Notes under the pieces: model-generated
What the model saw: only the letters and a program-made list of their open reading frames with translations
The model's database searches: none
What the model was told of the DNA's origin: nothing
Shown: one piece after another, positions 6,551 through 15,420 of the stretch
Numbering within the stretch: the first letter of the stretch is position 1
Layout: each line of letters starts with the position of its first letter
Translations under genes and position numbers: made by a program
Source: Hyphomicrobiales bacterium
Lineage (GTDB): Bacteria > Pseudomonadota > Alphaproteobacteria > JAPOUT01
Length of the DNA stretch: 64,000 nucleotides
Direction: 5' to 3'
Assembly (NCBI GenBank): GCA_026708545.1
Contig: JAPOUT010000054.1
Location: 5,195 to 69,194 of the forward strand

Positions 6551-7404
6551 ACATGTTGAAAAGGGTTCTGGCGGCGGGCGTCTTGCTAACGATGTTCGAG
6601 GCGAACGCTCTCGCGCGCGAGAGCATCGTTCTGGCGACAACAACCTCGGTCGAAAATTCCGGCCTGCTCGCCTATCTGCTCGAACAATTCGGCAAAGAGA
6701 GCGAAGTCGAGGTTAAAGTCGTCGCGCGGGGAACCGGCCAGGCGTTTCGAATCGCCCAAAACGGAGATGCGGACCTGGTGCTTGCGCACCATCCCGCTTC
6801 GGAAGAAAAGTTCGTTGCCGAGGGCTTCGGCGTGGCGCGCGTTCCGGTGATGTTCAATTATTTCACATTGGTGGGACCGCGCAATGATCCTGCAGGTGTC
6901 ACGGGCTCGGAGGACGCATTTGTTGCGCTGTCTCGAATCGCGCGCGCGGGAGAAACCGGCACGGCGAGATTCTTATCGCGCGGCGACGAAAGCGGCACGC
7001 ACAGACGCGAACGGGAGTTATGGGACGGAGCAGGCAAGTCGGTAGGCGCGCGGGAACAGGAATGGTATCTTGAAACCGGCGCGGGCATGGGCGCAACCTT
7101 GAGCATCGCCGCAGAACTGGACGCTTATACGCTCACGGACAGGGGCACGTGGCTGTCGTTCGGCAACCGGGGCGATTTGATGGCGTTGCTCGAAGAGTCC
7201 GAAGCATTGTTCAACCCCTACTCGGCGATTCTGGTGGACAGGGAACGCCATGGACATGTCTCGGACAAGGCAAAAGAATTTTTGGAGTGGCTGACATCGC
7301 CGCGGGGACAAGAGTCAATCGCCTCGTTTCGAATTGACTCGCAGGCCTGCTTCTTTCCGGCAAATGTTTCGAGTTGGGACTCGTTTCAACCGACTGCACC
7401 TTGA
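6547..7404 (+). CDS. tupA: Periplasmic substrate-binding protein, TupA-like (tungstate)
   Basis: The internal start MNMLKRVLAAGVLLTMFEANALA provides a signal peptide. The motif ATTTSVENSGLL matches the TTTS..SGL motif described for TupA. The protein is 285 aa. Confidence 0.65.
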   Translation: MNMLKRVLAAGVLLTMFEANALARESIVLATTTSVENSGLLAYLLEQFGKESEVEVKVVARGTGQAFRIAQNGDADLVLAHHPASEEKFVAEGFGVARVPVMFNYFTLVGPRNDPAGVTGSEDAFVALSRIARAGETGTARFLSRGDESGTHRRERELWDGAGKSVGAREQEWYLETGAGMGATLSIAAELDAYTLTDRGTWLSFGNRGDLMALLEESEALFNPYSAILVDRERHGHVSDKAKEFLEWLTSPRGQESIASFRIDSQACFFPANVSSWDSFQPTAP

Positions 7405-9569
7405 GGGGAATCTTCCGCTTCAGCGCCCGGGGTGCCCGAGGCGCCCGACTCGTCCGTTGCACCCTCTTGCGGTGAATCCGGAGACTGCGGCTTGCGTCGA
7501 CGCCCCCTGCCGCCGCGCGCGCGCCCGGACTTCGACGGCTTTGTCTCCTCTGACTCCGCTTCATTTTTTGACTCGCCGTCCTGTGCTCCGGAAACCTCGG
7601 CATTCTCGGAAGGCTTCGACTTGCCCCGTCCGCCGCGCGAACGCCTCGAGCGCCGCTTTGACGAACCACCCTCTTCCTTCTTGCCGGAGGCACCGGCCTC
7701 TTCCATATCGACGCCATAAGAGAGTTCTCCCGCATCCGAACGCTTCTTGCCCGAGCCGCCGTTCACACGTTCGATGGCAAAGTCATCGATGCGTGCATCA
7801 CTTGCTTCTTCAACGCGCACGCGCATGCCGAACATTTCTTGAATCTCATGCAGCGAATCGCGTTTCTGGTTGAGAACATACAAAGCGACCTGCCGCGGCG
7901 CCTTGGCGAGCATATCTCCCCCGCGCTTCGAGAGCGCTTCGGCGCGAAGCGCCCGCAACAGACGCAACGCCGCCGCCTCAACGGACAGAATCTTCCCCAG
8001 TCCGCGGCAATGCGGACATGTCTGCGAGCTTCCCTCCAGGATGCCGGTGCGCATGCGCTGGCGCGACAACTCCAGCAAGCCGAACTCGCTTATCGAACCG
8101 ACTTGGTAGCGGGCCCTGTCCGTCTTCAAGCAATCCCTCAGTTTGTTTTCCACCGTGCGGCGATTCTTGTTCTCCATCATGTCGATGTAATCAATGACGA
8201 TGAGTCCGGAGAGATCCCGCAAACGCATTTGCCGGGCGGCCTCCTCGGTCGCTTCGAGATTGGTCCTCAGTGCCGTGCTTTCGATATTGTGCTCCCGGGT
8301 GGCCTTGCCGGAGTTAACGTCAATTGCCGTCAACGCCTCGGTTTGCTCAATTACCAACGAACCACCCGACTTCAAACGCACCGAAGGCTGCAACAATCCG
8401 AGCAGGTTGTTCTCGACGTTGTGTTTTTGAAACAGCGGAACCTTGTCCTTGTACAGATGCACATTCTTGACATGACTCGGAGTAAGCATGCGCATGAAGG
8501 CGCGGGCATCATTGTAACCCTCCTCGCCTTCAACGATGACCTCGCTCACACCCTTGCCATACAAGTCGCGAATGGAGCGCTTGATGAGATCCCCCTCCTC
8601 GTAAATAACCGAAGGCGCGACGCTCTTCATAGTGAGATCGCGAATGGTTTCCCACAGGCGCAGCAGATATTCGTAGTCGCGGCGGATGTCCGTCTTCGTG
8701 CGCTTGGCGCCGGCGGTTCGAACAATCAGGCCCATCCCCTTGGGAAGTTCAAACGTCGATAAAATCGAGCGTAGATTCTTTCGCTGGGCTCTGTGGGTAA
8801 TCTTGCGCGAGATGCCGCTGCCGCGCTCCGTGTTCGGCATCAGCACGCAATAACGCCCCGCCAGGGAGAGGTAGGTCGTCAACGCGGCGCCCTTGTTGCC
8901 CCGCTCTTCCTTCACGACCTGGACGAGAAGAATTTGCCGATTCTTGATGACCTCCTGCAGATGATATTTACGCTGCATCGGACGGCGGCGCGGGCGGTCT
9001 TCCCTGCGTGAACGCGACTCGCGCGCTCCATGCGCCCTGCCGTTGGATTCGTCTGCGGCGGACTCTTGAGAATCTTCCGACTCCTCGGACTCATCCGCAC
9101 CGCTCATCGAAAAACCGTCTTCGGTCTCTTCGGTGTTTTCGACACCCTCATCGCCCCCGGCGTCCTCGTCGCGTTCCTCGATGTCGTCGCTTTCGGCATC
9201 CTCGTCGTTTTCGACGTTTTCTCCGATAGCGTCATCGGTTTCGCCGAATTCCTCAAGTTCGCGGGCGTTTGCTTCCGCCTCGGCCTCGGCTTGCTCGGCT
9301 AGAAGCGCCTGGCGGTCCTCCAAGGGTATTTGGTAATAGTCGGGATGAATGTCATTGAACGCCAAAAAACCGTGGCGGTCCCTCCCGTAGGAGACAAATG
9401 CCGCCTGCAACGAGGGTTCAATGCGCACTACTTTCGCAAGATAAATGTTCCCGCGTGTCGGTTTCCTGAGATTCGATTCAAAGTAGAATTCATCGATATG
9501 GTTTCCGTTCGATACAACGACGCGGGTCTCTTCGGGATGACCCGCATCGATAAGGATTCTTTTTTCCAT
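7386..9569 (-). CDS. rne: Ribonuclease E
   Basis: 727 aa. The N-terminus KRILIDAGHPEETRVVVSNGNHIDEFYFES...GNIYLAKVVRIEPSLQAAFVSYG is the S1 domain. It is interrupted by an acidic insert and followed by the catalytic core and an Arg/Ser/Glu-rich tail. Confidence 0.95.
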   Translation of the reverse strand: MEKRILIDAGHPEETRVVVSNGNHIDEFYFESNLRKPTRGNIYLAKVVRIEPSLQAAFVSYGRDRHGFLAFNDIHPDYYQIPLEDRQALLAEQAEAEAEANARELEEFGETDDAIGENVENDEDAESDDIEERDEDAGGDEGVENTEETEDGFSMSGADESEESEDSQESAADESNGRAHGARESRSRREDRPRRRPMQRKYHLQEVIKNRQILLVQVVKEERGNKGAALTTYLSLAGRYCVLMPNTERGSGISRKITHRAQRKNLRSILSTFELPKGMGLIVRTAGAKRTKTDIRRDYEYLLRLWETIRDLTMKSVAPSVIYEEGDLIKRSIRDLYGKGVSEVIVEGEEGYNDARAFMRMLTPSHVKNVHLYKDKVPLFQKHNVENNLLGLLQPSVRLKSGGSLVIEQTEALTAIDVNSGKATREHNIESTALRTNLEATEEAARQMRLRDLSGLIVIDYIDMMENKNRRTVENKLRDCLKTDRARYQVGSISEFGLLELSRQRMRTGILEGSSQTCPHCRGLGKILSVEAAALRLLRALRAEALSKRGGDMLAKAPRQVALYVLNQKRDSLHEIQEMFGMRVRVEEASDARIDDFAIERVNGGSGKKRSDAGELSYGVDMEEAGASGKKEEGGSSKRRSRRSRGGRGKSKPSENAEVSGAQDGESKNEAESEETKPSKSGRARGGRGRRRKPQSPDSPQEGATDESGASGTPGAEAEDSPQGAVG

Positions 9570-9949
9570 GTAAGATTACTCCGTGACGCGCCAGGCGCGT
9601 GTATGATAAATGGGACCGCAAGCGGCGCGTCGCAACAACAGATGTGTTCGCGTAGTCGCGTTTGCGGTAATTCGAATGGTCGATAAGACCGGCACGGCCT
9701 CTTGGGCCGGAAGTCTGGAGACATGAAGCCTGCGTCTGCTTGTGTTTTCTTGTTGTCATCGCAATTACGCGCTCCATGGATTGACTCTATGTGAAGGACG
9801 GCTCTCTCGACTTAACCGTTGCGAACGCAACCGTCCGGGAAAATGCGACGATTCGCCGCACTGCGCAAAAACCAGCCGTAGAAGTCACTCCTCCCATCGC
9901 CTGTTTGCCGGGAGCAGTCTAACAGAAAAACTCCAGCGACGCAAATCCC
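9570..9949 (-). promoter_or_regulatory. Long ORF-free leader/promoter region upstream of rne
   Basis: A 380-nt non-coding gap lies between the GFA gene stop and the rne start. rne genes commonly carry long autoregulatory 5' UTRs, but I have not mapped a structure here. Confidence 0.35.
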
Positions 9950-10342
9950 TTAGGACGCCACCTGCAAGTCCGCCCCCAAACTGGTCATAAAGGAGAGTCG
10001 TCCTTCCGTGCCGACATGGCAGCTCGGAACCATCGACTCGGGTTCATCAAGACTCGAGACGCTCACATCAAGTTTCTCGGGATTTTCGGAGGTTTGGAAA
10101 ACGATCTGTGTTCCGCAATCACCGCAGAACTTCCGCTCGCCTTTCGGCGACGAATTGTAAATCTTCAACTCACCTTTGGTAATATGAAAGTTCGAACGCG
10201 GCAGCACCAGCCAAGTCTGCACAGGCGCTCCGGCAGAGCGTCGGCACACTCCGCAGTGACAATGCGCCACAACCTCGGGTTCGGCATCGATTTTGTAGCG
10301 CACCGCGCCACACAGGCATCCGCCTTCTTTAACATTACTCAT
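9950..10342 (-). CDS. GFA family protein (CENP-V/glutathione-dependent formaldehyde-activating fold)
   Basis: The internal start MSNVKEGGCLCGAVRYK...HCHCGVCRRSAG...FCGDCGT shows the Zn-binding Cys pattern of the family. An RBS AGGAGA lies upstream of the ATG at 10342. Confidence 0.85.
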   Translation of the reverse strand: MSNVKEGGCLCGAVRYKIDAEPEVVAHCHCGVCRRSAGAPVQTWLVLPRSNFHITKGELKIYNSSPKGERKFCGDCGTQIVFQTSENPEKLDVSVSSLDEPESMVPSCHVGTEGRLSFMTSLGADLQVAS

Positions 10343-10362
10343 AACGACTTCTCCTTTGATTG

Positions 10363-11148
10363 TTATTTCAGTTCGACCCAAATGGGTGCGTGGTCGGACG
10401 GTTTGTCCCACCCGCGAGGTTCCGAATCGATATCGCAAGCCTCAAGGCGATCCATCGCCTGGGGAGAGACTAGCATATGGTCAATGCGAATTCCATCACC
10501 TTTTCTCCACGCACCCGCCTGGTAATCCCAAAAACTGTATCGTCCGCCTCCCTGCCAACAGGCTCTAAAGGCGTCCTGAATGCCGAGATTCGTCAGCACA
10601 CGAAAATGTGAAAGCGCATCGGGATGGTAGAGGGCGTCACCCTCCCAGGTGGCGATGTTTTTGGCATCGAGCGGGGCAGGAATAATGTTGAAGTCGCCTC
10701 CAAGCACAAACGCCTCTTCCTCCTTCAGCAATTCCTCGGCGCGTTCGCGCAACAGGGACATCCACTTGAGTTTCCGCTTGAACTTATCGCTCGAAACGGG
10801 ATTGCCGTTGGGAAGATATATCGATGCGACGCGGACGGGCTCGCTACCGTCGGGAAAAAGGGTGAGTTCCATATAACGTGCGCCGAAAGTCTCGACATCC
10901 GCGCCCGGAAGTCCGTAGAGAACATCCTCGGCGGGAATCTTCGCCGCAATCGCGACGCCGTTGTAGCTTTTTTGTCCGTGGAAAAAAACCTGGTAGCCGG
11001 CTTCTTCGAAAGGCCCTGTCGGAAAGGCGTCGTCGGTGCACTTGGTCTCCTGCATGCACAACGCATCGGGGCGCGCGCCCGCCAACCACTCGGTCACCAC
11101 GGGCAGGCGCGCCTTGATGGAGTTGACGTTCCAGGCGGCGAGTTTCAT
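10363..11148 (-). CDS. xthA: Exodeoxyribonuclease III
   Basis: 261 aa. MKLAAWNVNSIKARL...LCMQETK...IDHMLVS...SDHAPIWVEL is the typical EEP/ExoIII pattern. Confidence 0.93.
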   Translation of the reverse strand: MKLAAWNVNSIKARLPVVTEWLAGARPDALCMQETKCTDDAFPTGPFEEAGYQVFFHGQKSYNGVAIAAKIPAEDVLYGLPGADVETFGARYMELTLFPDGSEPVRVASIYLPNGNPVSSDKFKRKLKWMSLLRERAEELLKEEEAFVLGGDFNIIPAPLDAKNIATWEGDALYHPDALSHFRVLTNLGIQDAFRACWQGGGRYSFWDYQAGAWRKGDGIRIDHMLVSPQAMDRLEACDIDSEPRGWDKPSDHAPIWVELK

Positions 11149-11149
11149 C

Positions 11150-11476
11150 TCAGAGCGAAAAGGACACGCCGCAACTGCATGACGCCGATGCCTGCGGGTT
11201 CTTTACTTGAAACGCCGATCCGACGAGATCCTCGACATAGTCAACCTCGGCGCCGGTCATGAATGCAAGCGAAATGGAATCGACCACGAGCCTGGCACCA
11301 TCGCGTTCGACAACGGTGTCGTCCTCCTTGGGCGCGGCGTCAAGCGCGAAGTCATATTGAAATCCGGAGCACCCGCCGCCACGGACGGATACGCGCAATA
11401 CGGCGTCGTTGCCGCGTTGAAGGCAAAGGCGGTTGAGATGTCGTGCGGCGCGCTGTGAAAGGGTAAGTTGTGTCAT
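11150..11476 (-). CDS. erpA: Iron-sulfur cluster insertion protein (HesB/IscA/ErpA family)
   Basis: 108 aa. It has GGGCSGFQY and the C-terminal CSCGVSF motifs. Confidence 0.9.
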   Translation of the reverse strand: MTQLTLSQRAARHLNRLCLQRGNDAVLRVSVRGGGCSGFQYDFALDAAPKEDDTVVERDGARLVVDSISLAFMTGAEVDYVEDLVGSAFQVKNPQASASCSCGVSFSL

Positions 11477-11505
11477 CTTGTTGCCGAATTCGGGGGGTTG
11501 CGTCT

Positions 11506-13269
11506 ATGATAGCACGGATGAGCGGTTCGGGTCACCTATTTGAGAGATTGCGCCACAAGCTTCTAGCGGCGCTGGAGGCTTTATGCAAAGCGGGAGAGTT
11601 GCCCGTGTCGGATGTCTCCGGCGTGGGCGTGGATGTTCCCAAAGAGCGCGCCCACGGCGATATCGCGACCAACGCGGCGCTGGTGCTGGCAAAGCCCGCG
11701 CGCAAGCCTCCCCTCGAGATAGCCGAAATGATCGCGCGGGAAATGCGCAAGGACGAGTCGTTCGAAAAGGTCGAGACCGCGGCGCCCGGCTTTGTGAACT
11801 TCACGCTGAAACCCGAGAGCGTCGTTGCCGAGTTGACGGAGGTTCTGCGCGAGGGCGAGAACTATGGCAAAAACACATCCGGGGCAGGGAAGAAGGTGAA
11901 TGTCGAATACGTCTCGGCAAACCCGACAGGGCCTTTGCACATCGGGCATGTCCGCGGCGCGGTCTTTGGCGACGCACTGGCAAACCTGCTGGAATGGAGC
12001 GGCTTTGACGTGTGTCGCGAATATTACATCAATGACGCGGGCTTGCAGGTGGACGTTTTGGCGAGGTCGACGTTTTTGCGCTATCGAGAAGCGCTTGGCG
12101 AGGACATAGGCAAAATCCCCGATGACATGTATCCGGGAGAATATCTGTGCGCGGTCGGCAAAGCGCTCGCGCAAGAGCACGGCGAAAGCCTGCTGGAAAA
12201 GAGCGAGTCGGAATGGCTGCCTGCGGTGCGCAAAACCGCCGTCGCACTGATGCTCAAGATGATCAAGGAAGATCTTCAAGAACTGGGCATCGTGCAGGAA
12301 TATTTTGCCTCCGAGCGCGAAGTTCTCGAACGCGGCGGCGTTGAGCGCGTTTTGGAACGGTTGAGCGAGAAAGGCCTGCTCTATGAAGGCGTGCTGGAAC
12401 CTCCCAAGGGCAAGGAAGTTTCGGATTGGCAGCCGCGCGAACAGACGCTGTTTCGCTCGACGGCGTTTGGCGACGACACCGATCGCGCGTTGAAGAAAGC
12501 GGACGGGTCGCCGACTTACTTTGTTAACGACATTGCCTACCACTTCGATAAATTCGAACGGGGTTTCAGCGAAATGATCGATGTATGGGGCGCGGACCAT
12601 GGCGGCTACATCAAGCGGCAGCAAGCGGCGGTGGAAGCGATGACGGACGGAAAGGGCTGCCTGGACATCAAGGTTTGCCAACTGGTTCGATTGCTTCGCG
12701 ACGGCGAGGTGGTGAAAATGTCGAAGCGCGCGGGAACGTTTGTAACCTTGCGCGAATTGGTGGGCGAAGCCGGTCGCGACGCCACGCGCTTCATGATGTT
12801 GTACCGCAAGAATGACGCGGTGCTGGATTTTGACTTCGCCAAAGTCGTGGAACAGTCGAAAGACAATCCGGTCTTCTATGTGCAATACGCCCACGCGCGC
12901 GCCCGTTCGGTCCTGCGCGCGGCCGACGAGATGCCCGAACTGCGCGACAAGGATGCGGCGCGCGACTTTGCCGGTCTCAGACACCCCAAAGAACTCGATG
13001 TAATCAAACAAATGGCGGTTTTTCCCCATGTCGCGGAGAATGCCGCCAAGGCGCACGAGCCCCATCGCATAGCTTTTTACCTTTACGAACTGGCTTCGGC
13101 CTTTCATGTTTTGTGGAGCGAGGGAAAGCGAGATCCGTCGCTGCGCTTTCTCAATCCGGAGGATTGCAAAACCACACTCGACAGGGTAGGCTTGATACGC
13201 GGTGTGTCGCGTGTTTTATCAAACGGCTTGGGTATTTTGGGAGTTGAGGCTCCCGAGGAAATGCGTTGA
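11506..13269 (+). CDS. argS: Arginine--tRNA ligase
   Basis: The HIGH-type motif is PTGPLHIGHVRGA and the MSK-type motif is KMSKRAG. The C-terminal anticodon-binding region is present. The start is either ATG 11506 or ATG 11518. Confidence 0.95.
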   Translation: MIARMSGSGHLFERLRHKLLAALEALCKAGELPVSDVSGVGVDVPKERAHGDIATNAALVLAKPARKPPLEIAEMIAREMRKDESFEKVETAAPGFVNFTLKPESVVAELTEVLREGENYGKNTSGAGKKVNVEYVSANPTGPLHIGHVRGAVFGDALANLLEWSGFDVCREYYINDAGLQVDVLARSTFLRYREALGEDIGKIPDDMYPGEYLCAVGKALAQEHGESLLEKSESEWLPAVRKTAVALMLKMIKEDLQELGIVQEYFASEREVLERGGVERVLERLSEKGLLYEGVLEPPKGKEVSDWQPREQTLFRSTAFGDDTDRALKKADGSPTYFVNDIAYHFDKFERGFSEMIDVWGADHGGYIKRQQAAVEAMTDGKGCLDIKVCQLVRLLRDGEVVKMSKRAGTFVTLRELVGEAGRDATRFMMLYRKNDAVLDFDFAKVVEQSKDNPVFYVQYAHARARSVLRAADEMPELRDKDAARDFAGLRHPKELDVIKQMAVFPHVAENAAKAHEPHRIAFYLYELASAFHVLWSEGKRDPSLRFLNPEDCKTTLDRVGLIRGVSRVLSNGLGILGVEAPEEMR

Positions 13270-14198
13270 TGGTAAGAAGAAACAACTCCCTGCCCTTTTC
13301 CAGGGATAGAAGAACAGGCAGGAAGCGCTCGTCGGGGCGGAAATTTTTGTTGTTGCTGCTTTTATTTGCGGCGGTCGGAGGGTTTTTCCTGTTTTTTACG
13401 GAAACGGAAGACGAGAAGCCTCCGCCGGTTGCCGAAATAGCGGCCCCCCCGATTATCGCGTCCGAGGAATTCAAGAGTCCTCCCGATGAGCCCGGGGGTT
13501 TGGAGATAGCGCATCAGGACAAGTTGATTTACGAACGATTAACTCCGGAGGGTGCAGCCGTCTCCAGTGAAGACACCTTGAACGAGGTGATGATGGGCTT
13601 GGTTGCCGAGGAGCCGTTGGCGGATTTTTCGACTGCCAATTCCGGCGAGGATTCCGCAAGACCTGCGACCCCCTCCGTATCCGCCGAAGATTCCTCCCAA
13701 TCGGTAACCCTTCCCGACTTCGTCAAGGATTTCTTCGAATCGTCGCCCCTTCCCGACCTCATCGAGGATACCTTCGAACCGGCGACCGCCTCCACTGAGT
13801 CGGAGGCAAGCGAGTCGGGGGCAGATGATCCCGAGGCAAGTGAGCCGAAGACAAGCGAGCCGGAAGAAAGCACGCCCGAAGAGGGAGCCGAACCGGAGCC
13901 CGAACCATCCGCAACGCCCTCGCCGGATTCGCCGGAATTGAAAAGCTCGGGCGACTATGTTGTCCAACTGGGGGCATTTACGAGTGACACGGCCGCGAAT
14001 GCCGCTCTTAAGCGGACGGCGTTGCAATTTTCCGATGCGGCCGGCGTGGACATGCTTTTCGTTCAGAGGGCCGACCTCGGCGACAGGGGTGTTTGGTATC
14101 GCCTTCGCGTCGGCTATTTTGCCACGCGCGACGAGGCGGAGGAGGTCTGCGCGGGGTTTCAATCGCTCGGACAAGACTGCCTGGCCACAACCCGTTAG
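13266..14198 (+). CDS. SPOR domain-containing protein
   Basis: It has an N-terminal TM helix and an acidic low-complexity middle region. The C-terminal YVVQLGAFTSDTAANAALKR...WYRLRVGYFATRDEAEEVC is a SPOR domain. The start overlaps the argS stop. Confidence 0.85.
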   Translation: MMVRRNNSLPFSRDRRTGRKRSSGRKFLLLLLLFAAVGGFFLFFTETEDEKPPPVAEIAAPPIIASEEFKSPPDEPGGLEIAHQDKLIYERLTPEGAAVSSEDTLNEVMMGLVAEEPLADFSTANSGEDSARPATPSVSAEDSSQSVTLPDFVKDFFESSPLPDLIEDTFEPATASTESEASESGADDPEASEPKTSEPEESTPEEGAEPEPEPSATPSPDSPELKSSGDYVVQLGAFTSDTAANAALKRTALQFSDAAGVDMLFVQRADLGDRGVWYRLRVGYFATRDEAEEVCAGFQSLGQDCLATTR

Positions 14199-14209
14199 GG
14201 CACGCCTGA

Positions 14210-15325
14210 ATGGAAGAAGCCGGATGCGTTGTTATCGGCGCGGGTGTCGTTGGTCTGGCGGTCGCGGCGGAGTTGGGGGCGAGAGGGCGCGAAGTTCTTG
14301 TGCTGGAGGAAGCGGATTCTTTCGGCGCAGGAATGTCATCGCGCAACAGCGAGGTGGTTCATGCAGGCCTGTATTACACTCCCGGCAGTTTGAAGGCGCG
14401 GATGTGCGTTGCGGGGCGCAAGCGTCTGTATGAATATTGCCGAGCACGGAACATTCAACACAAGCGTTGCGGCAAGATGGTGGTTGCAGTCGATGGCAGC
14501 GAGCACGCGCGTCTGGATGCGCTCTGCAGCCGCGCCAAGGACAACGGCGTTGATGACGTCAGGCGCATTGACGGCACGGCCGCAAAAGCATTGGAACCGT
14601 CGCTAACCTGCTCCATGGCGCTGTTGTCGCCTTCAAGCGGCGTGATAGATTCCCGCGAGTTGATGTTATGCCTGTTCGCGGACGTTGAGTCTTCCGGCGG
14701 CGTGGTTGCGTTTTCGAGTCCGTGCCTGTCGGGCCGCCTGTGCGAAAACGGCGGTGCAATACTCGAAGTCGGCGGCGCGCAGCCGATGCTTTTGCGAGCG
14801 AATCTGCTGGTTAATTGCGCGGGCCTGGGAGCGCAGAAACTTGCGCGTTCCCTGGAAGGCTTTCCCGGGGAAAAGATTCCGCCGTTGTATTTCGGCAAGG
14901 GAAATTATTTTGCATTGAATAAATCCTTTGCCGAGCCGCCCTTTTCGCATTTGATATATCCGTTGCCGGGGGAACATTTTCTTGGCGCGCATGTAACCTG
15001 TTCGCTGGACGGCCGCGTTCGTTTGGGACCGGATTTGGAATGGGTTGACGCGCCCGATTACCATGTCGACCCGGCGCGCGCTTCGAGTTTTGAGGAGGCG
15101 GTTCGACGTTACTGGCACGACATGCCGGAGAATTCGCTCGTTCCCGACTACGCCGGCATTCGTCCGAAACTCGCGCGTGCAGGCGAGCCTGCCGAGGACT
15201 TCCGCATTCTCGCACCTGCGCATCATGGCTGCCGCGGCGTGGTCCATCTTTTCGGAATCGAATCGCCGGGTTTGACATCTTGCCTTGCAATAGCCGATTA
15301 CGTCGCATCCGTGGCGGTGCAATGA
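14210..15325 (+). CDS. FAD-dependent oxidoreductase (L-2-hydroxyglutarate oxidase-like)
   Basis: The dinucleotide-binding motif VVIGAGVVGLAVAAEL...VLVLE is followed by SSRNSEVVHAGLYY. Confidence 0.8.
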   Translation: MEEAGCVVIGAGVVGLAVAAELGARGREVLVLEEADSFGAGMSSRNSEVVHAGLYYTPGSLKARMCVAGRKRLYEYCRARNIQHKRCGKMVVAVDGSEHARLDALCSRAKDNGVDDVRRIDGTAAKALEPSLTCSMALLSPSSGVIDSRELMLCLFADVESSGGVVAFSSPCLSGRLCENGGAILEVGGAQPMLLRANLLVNCAGLGAQKLARSLEGFPGEKIPPLYFGKGNYFALNKSFAEPPFSHLIYPLPGEHFLGAHVTCSLDGRVRLGPDLEWVDAPDYHVDPARASSFEEAVRRYWHDMPENSLVPDYAGIRPKLARAGEPAEDFRILAPAHHGCRGVVHLFGIESPGLTSCLAIADYVASVAVQ

Positions 15326-15420
15326 CGGACAGACGACAACATTCCCTTTAAGTTGAAGGAACCGCCGGAAACGTCGGTTTCAAATGCAAATTCCAAACGA
15401 ACCGCTTGCGCAAACGAGGA

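Noticed and set aside
11581-13107. Very long ORFs antisense to or overlapping confirmed genes. Examples are the 508-aa ORF opposite argS, 31769..33568 opposite the TMADH-like gene, 55422..56444 opposite recA, 15406..16092 and others inside the AsmA gene, and 57049..57687 opposite the NYN gene.
   Set aside because: High G+C suppresses stop codons in non-coding frames. Their translations are Arg/Ala/Gly/Pro-rich low-complexity sequence with no family motifs, while the opposite-strand genes carry unambiguous conserved motifs.
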